Shown here piece by piece: positions 20,859-32,950 of a stretch of 64,000 nucleotides of DNA (positions are counted from its first letter, which is position 1; each line of letters starts with the position of its first letter). The position numbers were made by a program, and so were the translations under genes. The notes below the pieces were generated by a model. The model had not been told where the DNA came from. It made no database searches and saw only the letters and a program-made list of their open reading frames with translations. The stretch spans positions 416,001-480,000 of the forward strand of contig CAWETI010000003.1 in assembly GCA_963812015.1 (NCBI GenBank), written 5' to 3'. Source of the DNA: an uncultured delta proteobacterium (GTDB lineage: Bacteria > Desulfobacterota > Desulfobaccia > Desulfobaccales > 0-14-0-80-60-11).

Positions 20859-22484
20859 CCCGGATTATTCACGAAAAGTTCTTAAAAAAGGAAAGGGTAT
20901 CTGCTAAGATGCTGTAGTCGCTAAACAATCAGCTTCTCAGGCGGGATACCCTTTGAATACAGTCTGCCATAACCAGCTCACCTTTGAAAGCCTTTTTTCC
21001 AAGGAAGTCATCGCCGATTTTGAGGGCGGCCGGATCACCTCGGATGCCGGTGGTCTGCTCCTCCGGGAGTTGGACCAACGCTATCGCCTTACCGAGAAAG
21101 CCGCCCGGTGTCTTCATGATCCCCGTGATTCCCGCAAGGTCAAACACGGCCTTCTGGCCCTGGTGCGGCAGCGCCTGTTCGCCATTGCCCAGGGCTATGA
21201 AGATAACAACGATGCCGCGGCCTTGGCCCGGGACCCCGCGTTCAAGATTATGGCCGGCAAGGCTCCAGAGAGTGCTGCGGACCTGGCCTCCCAGCCCACG
21301 CTCTCCCGCTTCGAAAACCAGATGACCACCAAAGACCTGCGCCGGCTCTCGGACTGGTTTCTTGACCTGTACCTTAAAACCCATCCCGGCCCCCGGAAGG
21401 TGATCGTCCTGGACATGGACGCCACCGATGACCCGACCCACGGGCAGCAACAACTCAGCTTCTTCCACGGCTATTACGAAGAGCATATGTATCACCCGCT
21501 CCTCGTCTTCGACGGGCGCACCGGCTTTCCCCTGGCCGCGGTGCTGCGTTCGGGCAACACCCACGCCTCCAATGGTGCCCTGGCAGTGCTGAAGCGATTG
21601 ATTAAGAAGCTGAAAAAAGCCTATCCCGAGGCCCTGATCCTCTTCCGGGCGGATGCCGGCTTTGCCGTTCCCGCGCTCTACCGCTATCTGGAGCGGCAGG
21701 AAATCCGCTACGTCATCGGCTTCATCACCAACAGCCGGGTCTTGGCCCAAACCGCCACGCTCCTGTTAAAAGCGCAACGGCAGTACCAGGAAACGGGAGA
21801 GAAACAGCGGCTCTTCACTTCTTTCAGCTACCAGGCGGAGTCTTGGACCCGGCCCCGCCGCATCATCGCCAAGGTGGAATATGCCCATCTTGGCTCCAAT
21901 CAACGCTTTGTGGTCACTAACCTGATTCGTAACCCCCAGTTTGTCTACGACGACATCTATGTGCTCCGGGGCGACGTAGAAAACCGCATCAAGGAACTGA
22001 AGCTGGAACTCAAGGCCGACCGCTTGAGCTGCCACCGCTTCCTGGCCAACCAGTTTCGGCTTCTGCACGCCGCCTACTGCCTGTTTTGGCTGTTGCGCCA
22101 CCTCCTCCAGGGCACGGAACTGGCCACGGCCCAAGTCAATACCCTCCGCCTCAAGCTCTTGAAGATCGGCGCCCGCATCCGGGAGACCAGTCGCCGCATC
22201 TGGGTGCATCTGGCCTCGGGATATCCTTACCGCGACCTGTTGGCCCTGGTGTTGCAAAACTTGCGGGCCAGTCCCGGTTAATCGCACTACCCTCAGCTAG
22301 TCCACCGGCAACCGGGGGAGAGGTGCGCCCAAAATTAGCCCTGACACTGCATCCCCCAGGGCTTTTGCCGGAAAATATTACCTTGAGGCCCTTTCATCCT
22401 GCTCTCAGCCTGCCCCGCCGCCTGCAACACCTCCAAAAAACTCCATGAAAATGGCCATCTCATCTCGCTTATGAATAATGCGGG
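20859..22484 (+). mobile_element. IS1380-family insertion sequence
   Basis: IRs cccggattattcac / atgaataatgcggg; transposase 20953-22281. Confidence 0.85.
20953..22281 (+). CDS. IS1380 transposase
   Basis: DFEGGRITSDAG, LASQPTLSRFEN, DMDATDDP.HG.QQ, RADAGF, RGDVENRIKELK. Confidence 0.92.
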   Translation: MNTVCHNQLTFESLFSKEVIADFEGGRITSDAGGLLLRELDQRYRLTEKAARCLHDPRDSRKVKHGLLALVRQRLFAIAQGYEDNNDAAALARDPAFKIMAGKAPESAADLASQPTLSRFENQMTTKDLRRLSDWFLDLYLKTHPGPRKVIVLDMDATDDPTHGQQQLSFFHGYYEEHMYHPLLVFDGRTGFPLAAVLRSGNTHASNGALAVLKRLIKKLKKAYPEALILFRADAGFAVPALYRYLERQEIRYVIGFITNSRVLAQTATLLLKAQRQYQETGEKQRLFTSFSYQAESWTRPRRIIAKVEYAHLGSNQRFVVTNLIRNPQFVYDDIYVLRGDVENRIKELKLELKADRLSCHRFLANQFRLLHAAYCLFWLLRHLLQGTELATAQVNTLRLKLLKIGARIRETSRRIWVHLASGYPYRDLLALVLQNLRASPG

Positions 22485-22716
22485 CTAGGATAGCCTAAAC
22501 TGTATCCTGTCAACCTGAACTCGAAAACATTCAGAATGATCCTTAGGAACGCTCTAATAGGAGCGATTCGAAATATGTGAACCCAGCAAACCTTATTAAA
22601 ATGGTGAGGTAACAATTTGACCCACACTGATGATCCCTGAATTAAATTTCCCTTGACAATCAACATATACCTGTATAATGATTACACCTATGTAATTTTA
22701 AATCAAATGGTGAGAT

Positions 22717-23337
22717 ATGGCTTTTGGCAAAAAAGACGTAGTCGCTTTAACTGGACTTACCTATCGGCAAGTTGACCACTGGGCAACGACTGGCGTGGTC
22801 AGACCCTCGATTAAAACTGCAGCTGGCAAGGGTAGCCGGCGAGAATATTCCTTCCAGGATCTGGTGCAACTACGCGTCGCGAAGGCCCTGAGAGATGGCG
22901 GGATTAGTTTCCAAAAGATCCGCAAGGCCCTCTCTTGGCTGAGAAGGCATTTTCCGGAGAAAAAGTCGCCCTTGGCGGAACTCAGACTGGTTACCGATGG
23001 CGCCAATATTTTTATCGTGGACCGCAATCTGGAGAAGATTGTGGACTCGCTCAAGCAGGGGCAACTGGTCTTTTCTCTGGCTCTGGGGGAAATCATCGAA
23101 GGATTAAAGGGAGAACTTAAGAAACTCGCCATTCCCAGTGAAGAAAAGGTCTGGGTTGAAGACCGACAGTTCACCGTAATCCTCACTCCCGACCTGGTAG
23201 ATGGTTTCTTTACGGCGGAGTGCAGGGAGATCCCGAACTCCAACTTTCAAGGCGAGACGGAACAAAAAGCGTTAGATAACATCCTGGAGTTTTTAGAGGA
23301 ACGAGTGAGAAAAGGGCTAAGAGCCGAACAATTATAG
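22717..23337 (+). CDS. MerR-family HTH regulator with C-terminal HicB-like domain
   Basis: GLTYRQVDHW...G.GSRREYSFQDL; C-term FTAECREIP...QGETEQKALDNI. Confidence 0.75.
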   Translation: MAFGKKDVVALTGLTYRQVDHWATTGVVRPSIKTAAGKGSRREYSFQDLVQLRVAKALRDGGISFQKIRKALSWLRRHFPEKKSPLAELRLVTDGANIFIVDRNLEKIVDSLKQGQLVFSLALGEIIEGLKGELKKLAIPSEEKVWVEDRQFTVILTPDLVDGFFTAECREIPNSNFQGETEQKALDNILEFLEERVRKGLRAEQL

Positions 23338-23667
23338 ATAAAAAATTATGCCACCTAATCAGCGAGCCGGGTGGCACGATTGGGCTGAAATAAGGAGGTG
23401 AAGCCATCATGCTCACAGGCGTCATAATCGGGCTACTGACGGGTCTTGTCGTCGGGTATTTTGCCTGCTCCTTCATGGTATGTGGAAAGAGTGCTCACCG
23501 CATGATGGAACAAAAATTGGCAAACTTGGAATGAATAAATCAGGGAAATCCTCAATGCCGGGGTCAGGGATCGCCTGGACCTTATCGGTAACCTCACCGG
23601 CCCAGGGTCTCTGCGGTTGACGACCTGAAGCCTGGCGAGATGAAACGACGGTGGAAAAGGAGATGTC

Positions 23668-24237
23668 ATGGAGGCCTTCATTCAGGTGCTGGAATCGACA
23701 ATTGCGGCCCGGGACCCATATACCGTTGATCATCAGCGTCGGGTAAGCCAGATAGCCTGTAAAATCGGCGGGGAGATGGGACTTTCCGAGGACCGCCTCC
23801 ACGATCTGCGGATGGCCGGCATGCTACACGACCTGGGCAAGATCGCCATCCCCACCGAACTGCTTTCCAAGTCAGGGAAACTGACCACCCTGGAGTTCGC
23901 CCTGATTAAAACCCACCCTCAGGTGGCCTTCAACATCCTGGCACCCATCACCCTGCCGGGCCACACTGTCATGATTATTCTGCAACATCACGAACGGGTG
24001 AATGGCTCCGGCTATCCCCAGGGTCTGAAAAGGAATAAAATCCTCCTGGAAGCCAGGATACTGGGCGTGGCCGATGTGATGGAGGCCATGTGCTCCCACC
24101 GTCCTTACCGCTCCTCCCTGGGGCTGGCGGAAACCCTGGATGAACTTACCCGGAACCAAGGGATTCTCTATGATGTTGCCGTCGTGGAAACCTGCCTGAA
24201 ACTCCATGGGCCAGACCTGCCAGCCCCCCTGGCTTGA
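23668..24237 (+). CDS. Stand-alone HD-GYP phosphodiesterase
   Basis: RDPYT..H, HDLGK, HHERVNGSGYP, HRPYR. Confidence 0.9.
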   Translation: MEAFIQVLESTIAARDPYTVDHQRRVSQIACKIGGEMGLSEDRLHDLRMAGMLHDLGKIAIPTELLSKSGKLTTLEFALIKTHPQVAFNILAPITLPGHTVMIILQHHERVNGSGYPQGLKRNKILLEARILGVADVMEAMCSHRPYRSSLGLAETLDELTRNQGILYDVAVVETCLKLHGPDLPAPLA

Positions 24238-24238
24238 G

Positions 24239-24290
24239 ACTTGACCCCCACTCCAACTTAAAACTTGGCACAACCGCTGGGGGCAGGTCA
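24239..24290 (+). mobile_element. Solo IS3 right-end remnant
   Basis: acttgacccccactccaacttaaaacttggcacaaccgctgggggcaggtca, similar to 31328-31379. Confidence 0.75.
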
Positions 24291-24390
24291 GGGCAGGAGT
24301 CCATCCACCCTGCCAAGACCCCACTTTTGCTGGATTTTTCATGTGGGGCCTCTTGGCCTCCTCGTAACCGTCAGCCATTTTTCTTAAACG

Positions 24391-25191
24391 TCAGCGGGCC
24401 AAGTGACTCACAAAATCGAGTAACTTTTCCTTTTCCTCCTCAACCTGCTTGGCCTCGTCTTCCAGGATAATGACCTGATTCTTTCCCAACCTCTTGGCTT
24501 CGTATAAGGCTTGGTCCGCCCTTTCGATAAAGCTAATGCTGGTTTCGCCTGGCTGATATGCGGCCACGCCGAAACTGGCGGTCAACCTGGCACCGCAGTC
24601 AGGGAAGGTTATCTCCTCCAACCGACGCCGGAGACGCTCACCCAAAAGGGTTGCTTCCTTGGCGCTGATGCCTGGGAGCATCATAATAAATTCTTCTCCG
24701 CCCCAGCGCGCGATCAAGTCCTCCTGCCGGCTATCCTCCACCAAGAGGATGGCAAAAGCCTGGAGCACCTGGTCCCCCGCGTTATGACCAAAGGTATCGT
24801 TGATGGACTTGAAGTCGTCCAGGTCGGCCATGATGATGGACAGGGGAGTCTGGTGCCTCTGAGCAAAGGGCATGGCGCCGCCCAGGCTCTCCACGAAGAT
24901 ACGACGGTTGGCGATGCCCGTCAACGAGTCCGTATACATCAAAGTAATGATACGGTCATGAGCTATCCGCAGGCGGTTGAAACAACAAATAATCCCCCCC
25001 AGGACCAGAACCCACAAGAAACCATGCACCCAGCAGAGGGCCACGGCAGTCTCTGGCCACTGCTGGGCCAGGTTCCACCAAAGGGACGCCGCCACCACTG
25101 CGGTCCACAAGGCCAGGAGCGCCCAGGCATAGTAATTGAGGCGGGAGACCTCTCCGCAGCTGGCAATGTGCTGATTCATGATAGGTTGCAC
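24391..25191 (-). CDS. Membrane diguanylate cyclase
   Basis: 2 TM, DSLTGIANRR, DLDDFKSIND.FGH.AGD, RxxD, RWGGEEF. Confidence 0.9.
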   Translation of the reverse strand: MQPIMNQHIASCGEVSRLNYYAWALLALWTAVVAASLWWNLAQQWPETAVALCWVHGFLWVLVLGGIICCFNRLRIAHDRIITLMYTDSLTGIANRRIFVESLGGAMPFAQRHQTPLSIIMADLDDFKSINDTFGHNAGDQVLQAFAILLVEDSRQEDLIARWGGEEFIMMLPGISAKEATLLGERLRRRLEEITFPDCGARLTASFGVAAYQPGETSISFIERADQALYEAKRLGKNQVIILEDEAKQVEEEKEKLLDFVSHLAR

Positions 25192-25651
25192 CTTTGATCC
25201 TTGGGTAACTATGTTGCGACCTTAAGCCGCGGCATCATCTGGAGTGTAATATGCCTGACCAGGGCCAATCTGAAAATCAGGACTTACCCGGATTTTGGTC
25301 TGGGGGTTACAGGGTTCTTAAGGGGGGGATAGCTGTATTTGTAGGGAGTGCGGCGGGAAATACCAGCCATGGTAAGCTGGCCAAGGCCGCCAGGATCCTG
25401 GTCTTGCCAAGCTCAACGGTTCGGTTTTGGCTGCGACAGGTCTGGCGATCTTTTCTGGGCAAAGTCAAGATGGTTCAGGGGAATCGGTGTTCGCCCTTTT
25501 TCTCCATCACAACGCCACCTCGATCAGGGAGTCCCGAGGGACCTGGTGACTTTGCCTTCCTCACCACCCAGTCAGACCAAATCCGTCAACGGGGCCGGTA
25601 TCAATAACCATGCCCATGGAGCCCTGTTCGACAGGACCTTCTCAGCCGCGG

Positions 25652-27601
25652 CTACTTCTTCTCGGGGGCCTCGTCCTGGTTGATGGTTTGGGGGTGGATG
25701 GCAGGATGGTTTTTGAAAGGCTGGTACAGGGGGTCGCCGATGAGGATCTGCATCCAGGACACCTGGGGAACGGTGAGGAACTATACCTCCAACAGGGAGA
25801 GTTTCCCGGTCATGAGTAAGGGAAAAAACTGGTCCGGAAGGGGAAAGGAATGCAGGTAGGGTTCCGCCACCGGCCCCAGGGTGGCGGCCACCCCTTCCTC
25901 CAGCATGCGCTTGCACCACACCTTACTGCCCCAGCGCTTGAGCGTGGTCGCCTCGGCACTGGCCACGTGATAACCCACCGCGCCTTTGTTCCACGTAAAG
26001 GCGGGCACGTAGTTGGCCAGAGAGTACCAGCCGCAATAGAGCGCCGCATTGGGGCAGGACCCCGGGGGAAATACCGCCGGATTCTTATCCAGGACCACCT
26101 TTATATCAGAGTTTTTTTTCATCACCTCAGAGAGGTGGAGCAGATGTTGGTCAAACCAGACGTAGTTACCGGATTCTGCTTTGCCGGTAAGCCCCCGGGC
26201 GTCGATGTAAAAGACGCCGGTTAAGCCCGTTTGTTCCACTTCCAGGGCGTCATCCACCAGGCGCCGGGCAATGGCCGGGGTTGGCCCGTCCAGGCGGCCC
26301 ACCATCAAGGTCCTGGCCCTGACCCGGTCTATACCCGGCATGCGGTTATAGCTGAGATTAAAGGGGTTGGGCAGCCATCCGGCCTTTTGGTAGGGCCCGG
26401 CCATGATCAGGGTCATTTCACTGTCCACCGCCGCCATGCTCTGGGGCTTGCCATACAGTTGTTGGGCCTCATACCAAAATATCAGTTCCCCCAGGAGGCC
26501 ATTGGTAAAGCGAATGGCCGATGCGGTCCCCTGAGCAGTGTTCGGCAAGATGCCGCGAAACACCCCCGCTTCTCTGTCTTCCGGCTTGACGGATTGCAGT
26601 CCCAGAAGTTCTCTTAATTGGTTTGCCCGGCGCGGGCTTCGCCCCCGGGCCATTTGGGCCATCAAGGCTCGGGCCTCCGGAGAGGTTCCCTCCAGTTCCA
26701 TTAAGATGAACGAAATCTCGGCCCGGGTCGCCTCTGCCGCCGGGGTGGCCGGTTGCTTGTCGAGCCATTCATGCCCCTGCACCAGGGATTCCCGACATTT
26801 TTTGATCAATTCCCGCGTGGGGTAGGTCAACCGGGGCGGGGAGGTCACTCCCCCCGTCAGCCGGACCAGTTGGTGGACCAGTTGCAGCGCTTGGGCTTGA
26901 TATTCCTTGACCCTGGTGGATGCCATGGACCTCAGCTCCATTTCGGGTCCGGTAAGGGGGGTTGCCTTTACCCTCAGGGGGATCCCATAAACCAGCAGGA
27001 TGGCCGGGCTAGTGCCCTGGGCCTTTGACAGCTCCACCCTCGCCTTGACCGGGGGGACCAATTTCGCATCATAGTCCCGGCGGGACATGTCCTCCGTGGC
27101 CGGGACATCGACTCCCACCAAGTTACCGGCCGGCACCTTTCTTTTGCTGGCATAATAGGAGGCCACGGCCTGGCTCTCGGGCAGGTTGCGATTGAAGACT
27201 ATGACTAGGTCAGGGGCCGATAAGGCCTGAGACACCGAAGGGATAAATAACCATGCCATCAGCAGGAAAAATGCCATCCAGCCGGGTTTGGCGAAGGGAC
27301 GCAGGATTTGAGTTCGCCTCACGGGTTCCCGGCGCCTTAAAGTCTGTCGGCGGGGTGATTTACGGCGATTAGGAAAATGGGACATAAGGATAATTTTCTC
27401 TCGCTTGCCGACAACCGAAGCCCTTTTTGCCGCAAGAGCCCCGGGCCGGACTAGCTGCGGCCCGGACTGATGACTGACATTTTCATAACCATCTAAACCG
27501 AGATTATGCCCCAGTCCGACTGTTCCTGATCCAAGATGAAAGGTTATCGGCCCTTTTAAGGGTTTTCCCCGACTGAATGCCGGAATATAGCCCCGCTCCA
27601 C
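25652..27601 (-). pseudogene. TIGR03790-like exported protein with in-frame TAG at 25781-25783 (true start probably ~27280-27385)
   Basis: VASYYASKR.VP..NL, AAVDSE, GRLDGP, YCGWY, GPVAEPYL; after the TAG the frame continues SWMQILIGDPLYQPF to stop at 25652. Confidence 0.75.
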
Positions 27602-28400
27602 TGGAATCTAGGTGAGCATGGTGGAGTCGATAAAATATACAATAATTGCAGATCTCAGATCTAAGAAAAATAATTCCTCCGTATCTATGAGCAATAATCC
27701 AAAACTAATAGTTTTATGGAGTATCAATTCCAGCCCCGCAACGCCCGTTCATGGATGGTAAGCCTAGAGTCGGAGGCCACATGCTCATACCATCTCCAGG
27801 CCTGGTCAAAAACTCTAAGCCCAAACTTGGTCAGCCCTTTTTAAAGCAATGCAACCAAGGGTGAAAGTCCGCGTAACTTGCCATCTCTTTCACTTATACC
27901 GCACCCGGTTTTCTGCACACAATGATTTATTGAGCTGCCCAGGCGAGTGAGGCTTGGGCGAACCACTGCGCCCGGGCCTGACCCCGCTCCGCCTTTTTCA
28001 CCAGCCATCCTGCCCCCAGCCAGAAAATCCCACGGCCCACCGTTTCTGCTTACACCGGGCGGCGGGCCGGTCGGTGACCGCCACGCCTGGAATCGGCGCG
28101 TTATTTAAAAACGCTGATCAGGTTAACCAGGAGAAACCTGGATAGTAGGGTTGCGACGAAAAAATCAGTATTTCCCCCCCTGATCAATCAGTACTTATCG
28201 GGATTTTCAGCCTAGGAATAAAGTTTTACCTATAAGGCAGGTTAGAGGTGGTTAGGATTCAGCCAGAGAAAGAATGGCCTGGTTGCAGCGGGAAAAGCCC
28301 CGGAAAAAATAAAATTAAACAATAAGCTCCAGGTCTTTTATAGGCGAAGAAGCATTGACCGCTTATCAAAACCCGTCTACCACGAGCGCATAAGAGGTTT

Positions 28401-28688
28401 ATGGCAATGGGAGATCTTATTTCGGCAGAACTACAGTTCTTACGTAAATATTTGATCAAAAGGTTGAATAACAGCGAATATATAATTACATTTGAGGAAA
28501 TGGTGACTTTAATTGCCCTAGTCAACGATTGCTTAAAAGCTGGGCCCGGCTCTATTTTCGATTTACTCTCTGCCTTGCATACTAAAAAGATGGATTTGTA
28601 TATCACAAAGTTCATTCTCCTTAGAAATCATTTGGTTAATAATAACCGCGATCTTAATTTTCTTGAATATTATCAGCAGAGTAGATAA
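28401..28688 (+). CDS. Hypothetical protein
   Basis: 95 aa ORF with RBS aagagg; no recognisable motif. Confidence 0.4.
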   Translation: MAMGDLISAELQFLRKYLIKRLNNSEYIITFEEMVTLIALVNDCLKAGPGSIFDLLSALHTKKMDLYITKFILLRNHLVNNNRDLNFLEYYQQSR

Positions 28689-28780
28689 AATTGTCGATAA
28701 TTTATTAGAATATATGACCTGCCCCCCAAAAACTGATCCACATGTTAAGTTAGAGTGGTGGATCGAATGGAGGCAGAGAG

Positions 28781-29985
28781 ATGAGCAAGAAGCGGTTTAC
28801 TCCGGAGCAGATCATTGGGAAGCTTCGGGAAGCAGAGGTGGCCCTGGCACAGGGGGAGACGGTGAGCCAGGTTTGCCGAACCCTGGGCATTTCCGAACAG
28901 ACTTTCTATCGTTGGCGCCGGGAGTATGGTGGTTTAAAGGTAGAACAGGCCAAGCGGCTCAAGGCTCTGGAGCAAGAGAATACCCGGCTGAGACGGGCGG
29001 TATCGGATCTCACCCTGGACAAGCTGATCCTCCAGGAGGCGGCAAGGGGAAACTTCTAAGCCCGACCCGTCGCCGGCAATGCATCGAGCATATCCGGAAG
29101 GCTCTACCGGTGTCGGAACGCCGTGTCTGCGGGGTGATTGGGCAACCGCGTGCGACCCAGCGTTACCAAGCTACCGAGCCTGATGACGAGGTGGGGCTGA
29201 CTGCTGCTATCATTGGCTATGCCACCAGGTATGGGCGATACGGCTATCGCCGCATCCTGGCGTTTTTGCGAAGTGACGGCTGGTTGGTGAACCATAAGAG
29301 AATGGAACGAATCTGGGGACAGGAGGGGCTGAAGGTGCCCCAGAAGCAGCCCAAGCGGAGCAGATTGTGGTTAACCGATGGATCTTGTGTTCGTCTCCGG
29401 CCCTGCTGGCCGAACCATGTTTGGTCCTACGACTTCGTGATGGCGCGGACCCACGATGGCAAGGCTTTCCGTATGCTCACCATCATTGATGAGTACACGC
29501 GGGAATGCCTGGCCATCGAGGTATCCCGGCGTTTTGATGCAGATGCGGTGTTATATCGGTTGACGGAGCTGTTTGTGTCACGGCGCCCGCCAGACTATAT
29601 CCGATCGGACAACGGGCCTGAGTTTACGGCCAGGGCAGTTCGGGAGTGGTTAAGCCGAGTAGGGGTCAAAACGCTCTACATTGAACCTGGCAGTCCTTGG
29701 GAGAACGGTTACAACGAGAGCTTCAATGGAAAGTTGCGGGATGAGTTGCTCAACGGGGAGATTTTCTATACCCTGAAGGAGGCCCAGATCCTGATAGAGC
29801 GCTGGCGGTGGGAATACAATACGGTAAGGCCTCACAGTGCCTTGGGGTATCGACCACCCGCACCCGAGGCCATCGCCGTGACCCCCAGAGATCCTGGCTA
29901 CGCTATGCTCCGCCAGGATCTCTGGCTTGACTTGATGGTCTGCTCCCCGAAAACTGGACCATTCAAAATGAGAGAATTTTGCTAA
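28781..29985 (+). CDS. IS3 transposase OrfA/OrfB (-1 frameshift near 29050)
   Basis: [45 protein letters not shown]. Confidence 0.9.
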
Positions 29986-31328
29986 GATGAAAATATCTGG
30001 CAAGGAGGATTTTCTCGATGAAGCGGTCCCGATTTACCGACCAGCAGATTGCCTTTGCCCTGCAGCAGGCCGAGCAGGGGACCCAGGTGGCCGAGGTCAC
30101 CCGCAAGATGGGGGTTAGCGAGCAGACCTTTTACCGCTGGAAAAAGAAGTATGGGGGCCTGATGCCCTCCGAGGTCCGCAAGCTCCGGCAACTCGAAGAG
30201 GAGAATGCCCGGCTGCGCCGGCTGGTGGCGGATCTGTCCCTGGACAAGGAAATGCTCCAGGAGGTAATCCGAAAAAAGCTCTGAAGCCTGCCCAGGTACG
30301 GGCCACGGTGGAGCTTTTGCGCACCTGTTACCAGGTGAGCATCCGGCGGGCCTCCCAGACGCTTCCCGGCCCGCGTTCCACCCTGTATTACCGGTCCCGC
30401 AAACCTGAGCAGGCACCCCTGAGACACCGGATCAAGGAGATTGCCACCGTCCGGGTGCGCTATGGCTACCGGCGGATTCACACCCTCCTGCAACGAGAAG
30501 GCTGGGGGGTCAACCACAAACGAGTTTATCGGCTTTATTGCCTGGAAGGTTTGCAGATGCGCCACAAGCCTCCCCGGCGCCGGGTCAGCGCCAAGTTGCG
30601 AGATGACCGCACCGATGCCATCCGACCCAACCAGTGCTGGTCCATGGATTTTATGGCCGATGAGCTCTTTGATGGCCGGCGCCTTCGGCTCTTAACGATA
30701 GTGGATAACTTTAGCCGTGTTAGTCCGTTTATCGGGGTAGGATTCAGCTATAAGGGCTATGATGTGGTCTCGGCTCTAAACCTGGCGATGGCCCAATATG
30801 GGGTGCCGGAGTGCATCCGGGTGGACAACGGCCCGGAGTTCATCTCCAAAGAAGTTGACCTGTGGGCTTACGCTTACGGCGTGGTCCTGGACTTCTCCCG
30901 GCCGGGAAAGCCCACGGACAACGCCTTCATCGAATCGTTCAACAGCCGTTTTCGGCAAGAATGCCTGAATGAGCACTGGTTTTTGAGCCTGGAGGATGCT
31001 ACAGAGAAGATCGAAGCTTGGCGGGGCCACTACAACGAGCAGCGGCCGCACAGTAGCTTGGGGTATCAATCGCCAGTGGAGTATCTCTCGGGGGCTCTGC
31101 CCCCACCCCCCGGGAGTTTATCGCTTTGGGGGAATCTGGAGGGGCAGGAACCAGAAAGGCAGAACCCATAAGGCTCTGCCCCTCCGTCATCCACCCGCCT
31201 CGGCGCTCAGGTTGCTCTCCAGCAGGGCCCTATCCTCCGGGCGGGCAAGAAGAATATACCATGACCCCTTAAGGTGGAAAAAGCGAATTTGTCTCATTCA
31301 AAATGGTCCAAATTTGGGGGCATCTCCA
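29936..31328 (+). mobile_element. Nested IS3-family element with 5-bp TSD CTTGA
   Basis: IRs TGGTCTGCTCCCCGAAAACTGGACCATT / AATGGTCCAAATTTGGGGGCATCTCCA; CTTGA at 29931-29935 and 31329-31333. Confidence 0.9.
30018..31171 (+). CDS. IS3 transposase OrfA (30018-30284)/OrfB, A6G frameshift
   Basis: MKRSRFTDQQI; WSMDF, VDNGPEF, PGKPTDNAFIESFN. Confidence 0.9.
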
Positions 31329-31765
31329 CTTGACCCCCATCCTAACTTAAAACTTGGTACAACTACTGGGGGCAGGTCAAAAGTTCCTCCGCTCGAACGG
31401 GAAATTCCTGGATTATTACTTGATAGAGTAAGCAGGTACCAATATTATATCAATTAGGAAATCCCTAATTTCGCAATTCGAAACGACTATTTTCATATGA
31501 TCATTTTGACCATTTAACAAAAAATTTCGGTATGCCGCTGATTGGGAGATCGCATTTAGCGATATTTTAACGATCGCGGCTATCTTGCCACTAGCAAACC
31601 TTCTCAAAAATTCTGAAGAGGTGCAGATATAATCCCTATCTCGAAAAGAGAAATAAGGTCAGGCTTCCGCATTTAAACCTGGCACCCTTCATGGCATCAG
31701 AAAAACTACCGGATTTGGATAGAAGGCCGCCCGCGTGTAAAGGTTAAATGAATTTTTCCGAATTT

Positions 31766-32158
31766 TTAAAAATTATATTGTAATGTGCCGGATAAACCTC
31801 GAGGTGCGGGCTGGGAGACAGAGGGTTGGGGTTGCGCATAAGGAATCCCAATGACTGGAGCAACGGGTGCGACATAGGCAACCGGCGGTGGTCCTCCATA
31901 AACTCGACCTACATAATGGGGGTTGTATGGCCCCCTATAGGAGCGCCGGAAATCCTTATAGTGACCGTCAAACCCATGAGGCCTTGGGCCATGCCAGCCA
32001 TAGGCATTCCCATGGGGGTGGTCATATGGTCGATAAGGATCGGCTTGGGCGCTCAGGGAGTTTAAGGCCAGGATAAGGCCCATCATTAGGATAACGCTAA
32101 ACCATCTACTTAGGTTCATTGGCTTACCCTCCGGAATAATTTTGCAACCTGGATTCAC
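31766..32158 (-). CDS. Small exported Pro/His/Tyr-rich protein
   Basis: Signal peptide (..LSAQA), HPHGNAYGWHG, Pro-rich tail. Confidence 0.65.
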   Translation of the reverse strand: MNPGCKIIPEGKPMNLSRWFSVILMMGLILALNSLSAQADPYRPYDHPHGNAYGWHGPRPHGFDGHYKDFRRSYRGPYNPHYVGRVYGGPPPVAYVAPVAPVIGIPYAQPQPSVSQPAPRGLSGTLQYNF

Positions 32159-32950
32159 TAATTAGAAAAGAGTCGGTCGGAAAGTGTTAAGAGAGATTAT
32201 TTGTTTTATGGTAAGTAATTAATATTCATTACCCAAGATTGCTAAGACCGAAATCTCATGGAATTCGTAATAGTTAAGATTTAAACCTATAGAAAAGTAT
32301 CCTGCTCATCACCCTTCCATGGTCATTATAACCATAGGAAAATGGTCATTTCGTGCATCTGACCCATTGATCCGGTCTCGGGAGCAGGCATCCTGTTTGA
32401 AACCAACCTCATCAACTATTACGAAACCAATTAACCAGGACCCTTAAGGCGAAAGGTAAGGTTCGCCATTTCCCTGCCTTTTTTGTTGCCAACATGGAAT
32501 TAGTTGATATCTCCTATGTGCAAAGGTCAAGATAGCCGAGGTCGGGCGGCGTCCGGGTAGAATTCAAACCAGTCTCCTATTCGTGGTTCCCCGCTCAGGT
32601 GGGAGCGTTCTATAACTTGCCAGAACCGAGGCTTCCCAAAAACTTTAAAAAATTAGCGATATAATCCGCCTATCGAAATAGGGGATTGACAGTTCCATCT
32701 CCAGGATATCTCTATTGACGCATGAGAGCTCCCAGGTAAAACGATAACCCCAGACATTAACTTCCTCCCGTGCACCACGCCACCAGTGTCTTCCTCGGGG
32801 TTTTGGTCGTGCGTCAGCATTAATCTGGCCGGGGGGATAAAAAAATTGATTTTAAGGAATTTTTGTGCTTCATTACTATATGTCTGTTGGGCTCGGAAGG
32901 GAAAAGTGGTAACTTTGATTAATAACAAAACTAATTGGGAGAGATTACCA

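Larger units (their letters stand above)
28715..31379 (+). mobile_element. IS3-family element (outer), interrupted near its right end by a second IS3
   Basis: Ends TGACCTGCCCCC / GGGGGCAGGTCA; orfA 28781-29059 and orfB with DDE. Confidence 0.9.

Noticed and set aside
9416..25191. cGAMP (Hypr GGDEF / GEMM-Ib) signalling
   Set aside because: Both cyclases keep the canonical Asp and the riboswitch has G20
27720..28145. Possible ncRNA or mobile remnant (gggtgaaagtcc, GC-rich patch)
   Set aside because: Could not establish boundaries or a consistent structure
32520..32615. Possible second IS110 end or RNA remnant
   Set aside because: No adjacent recombinase and no guide-flank match found
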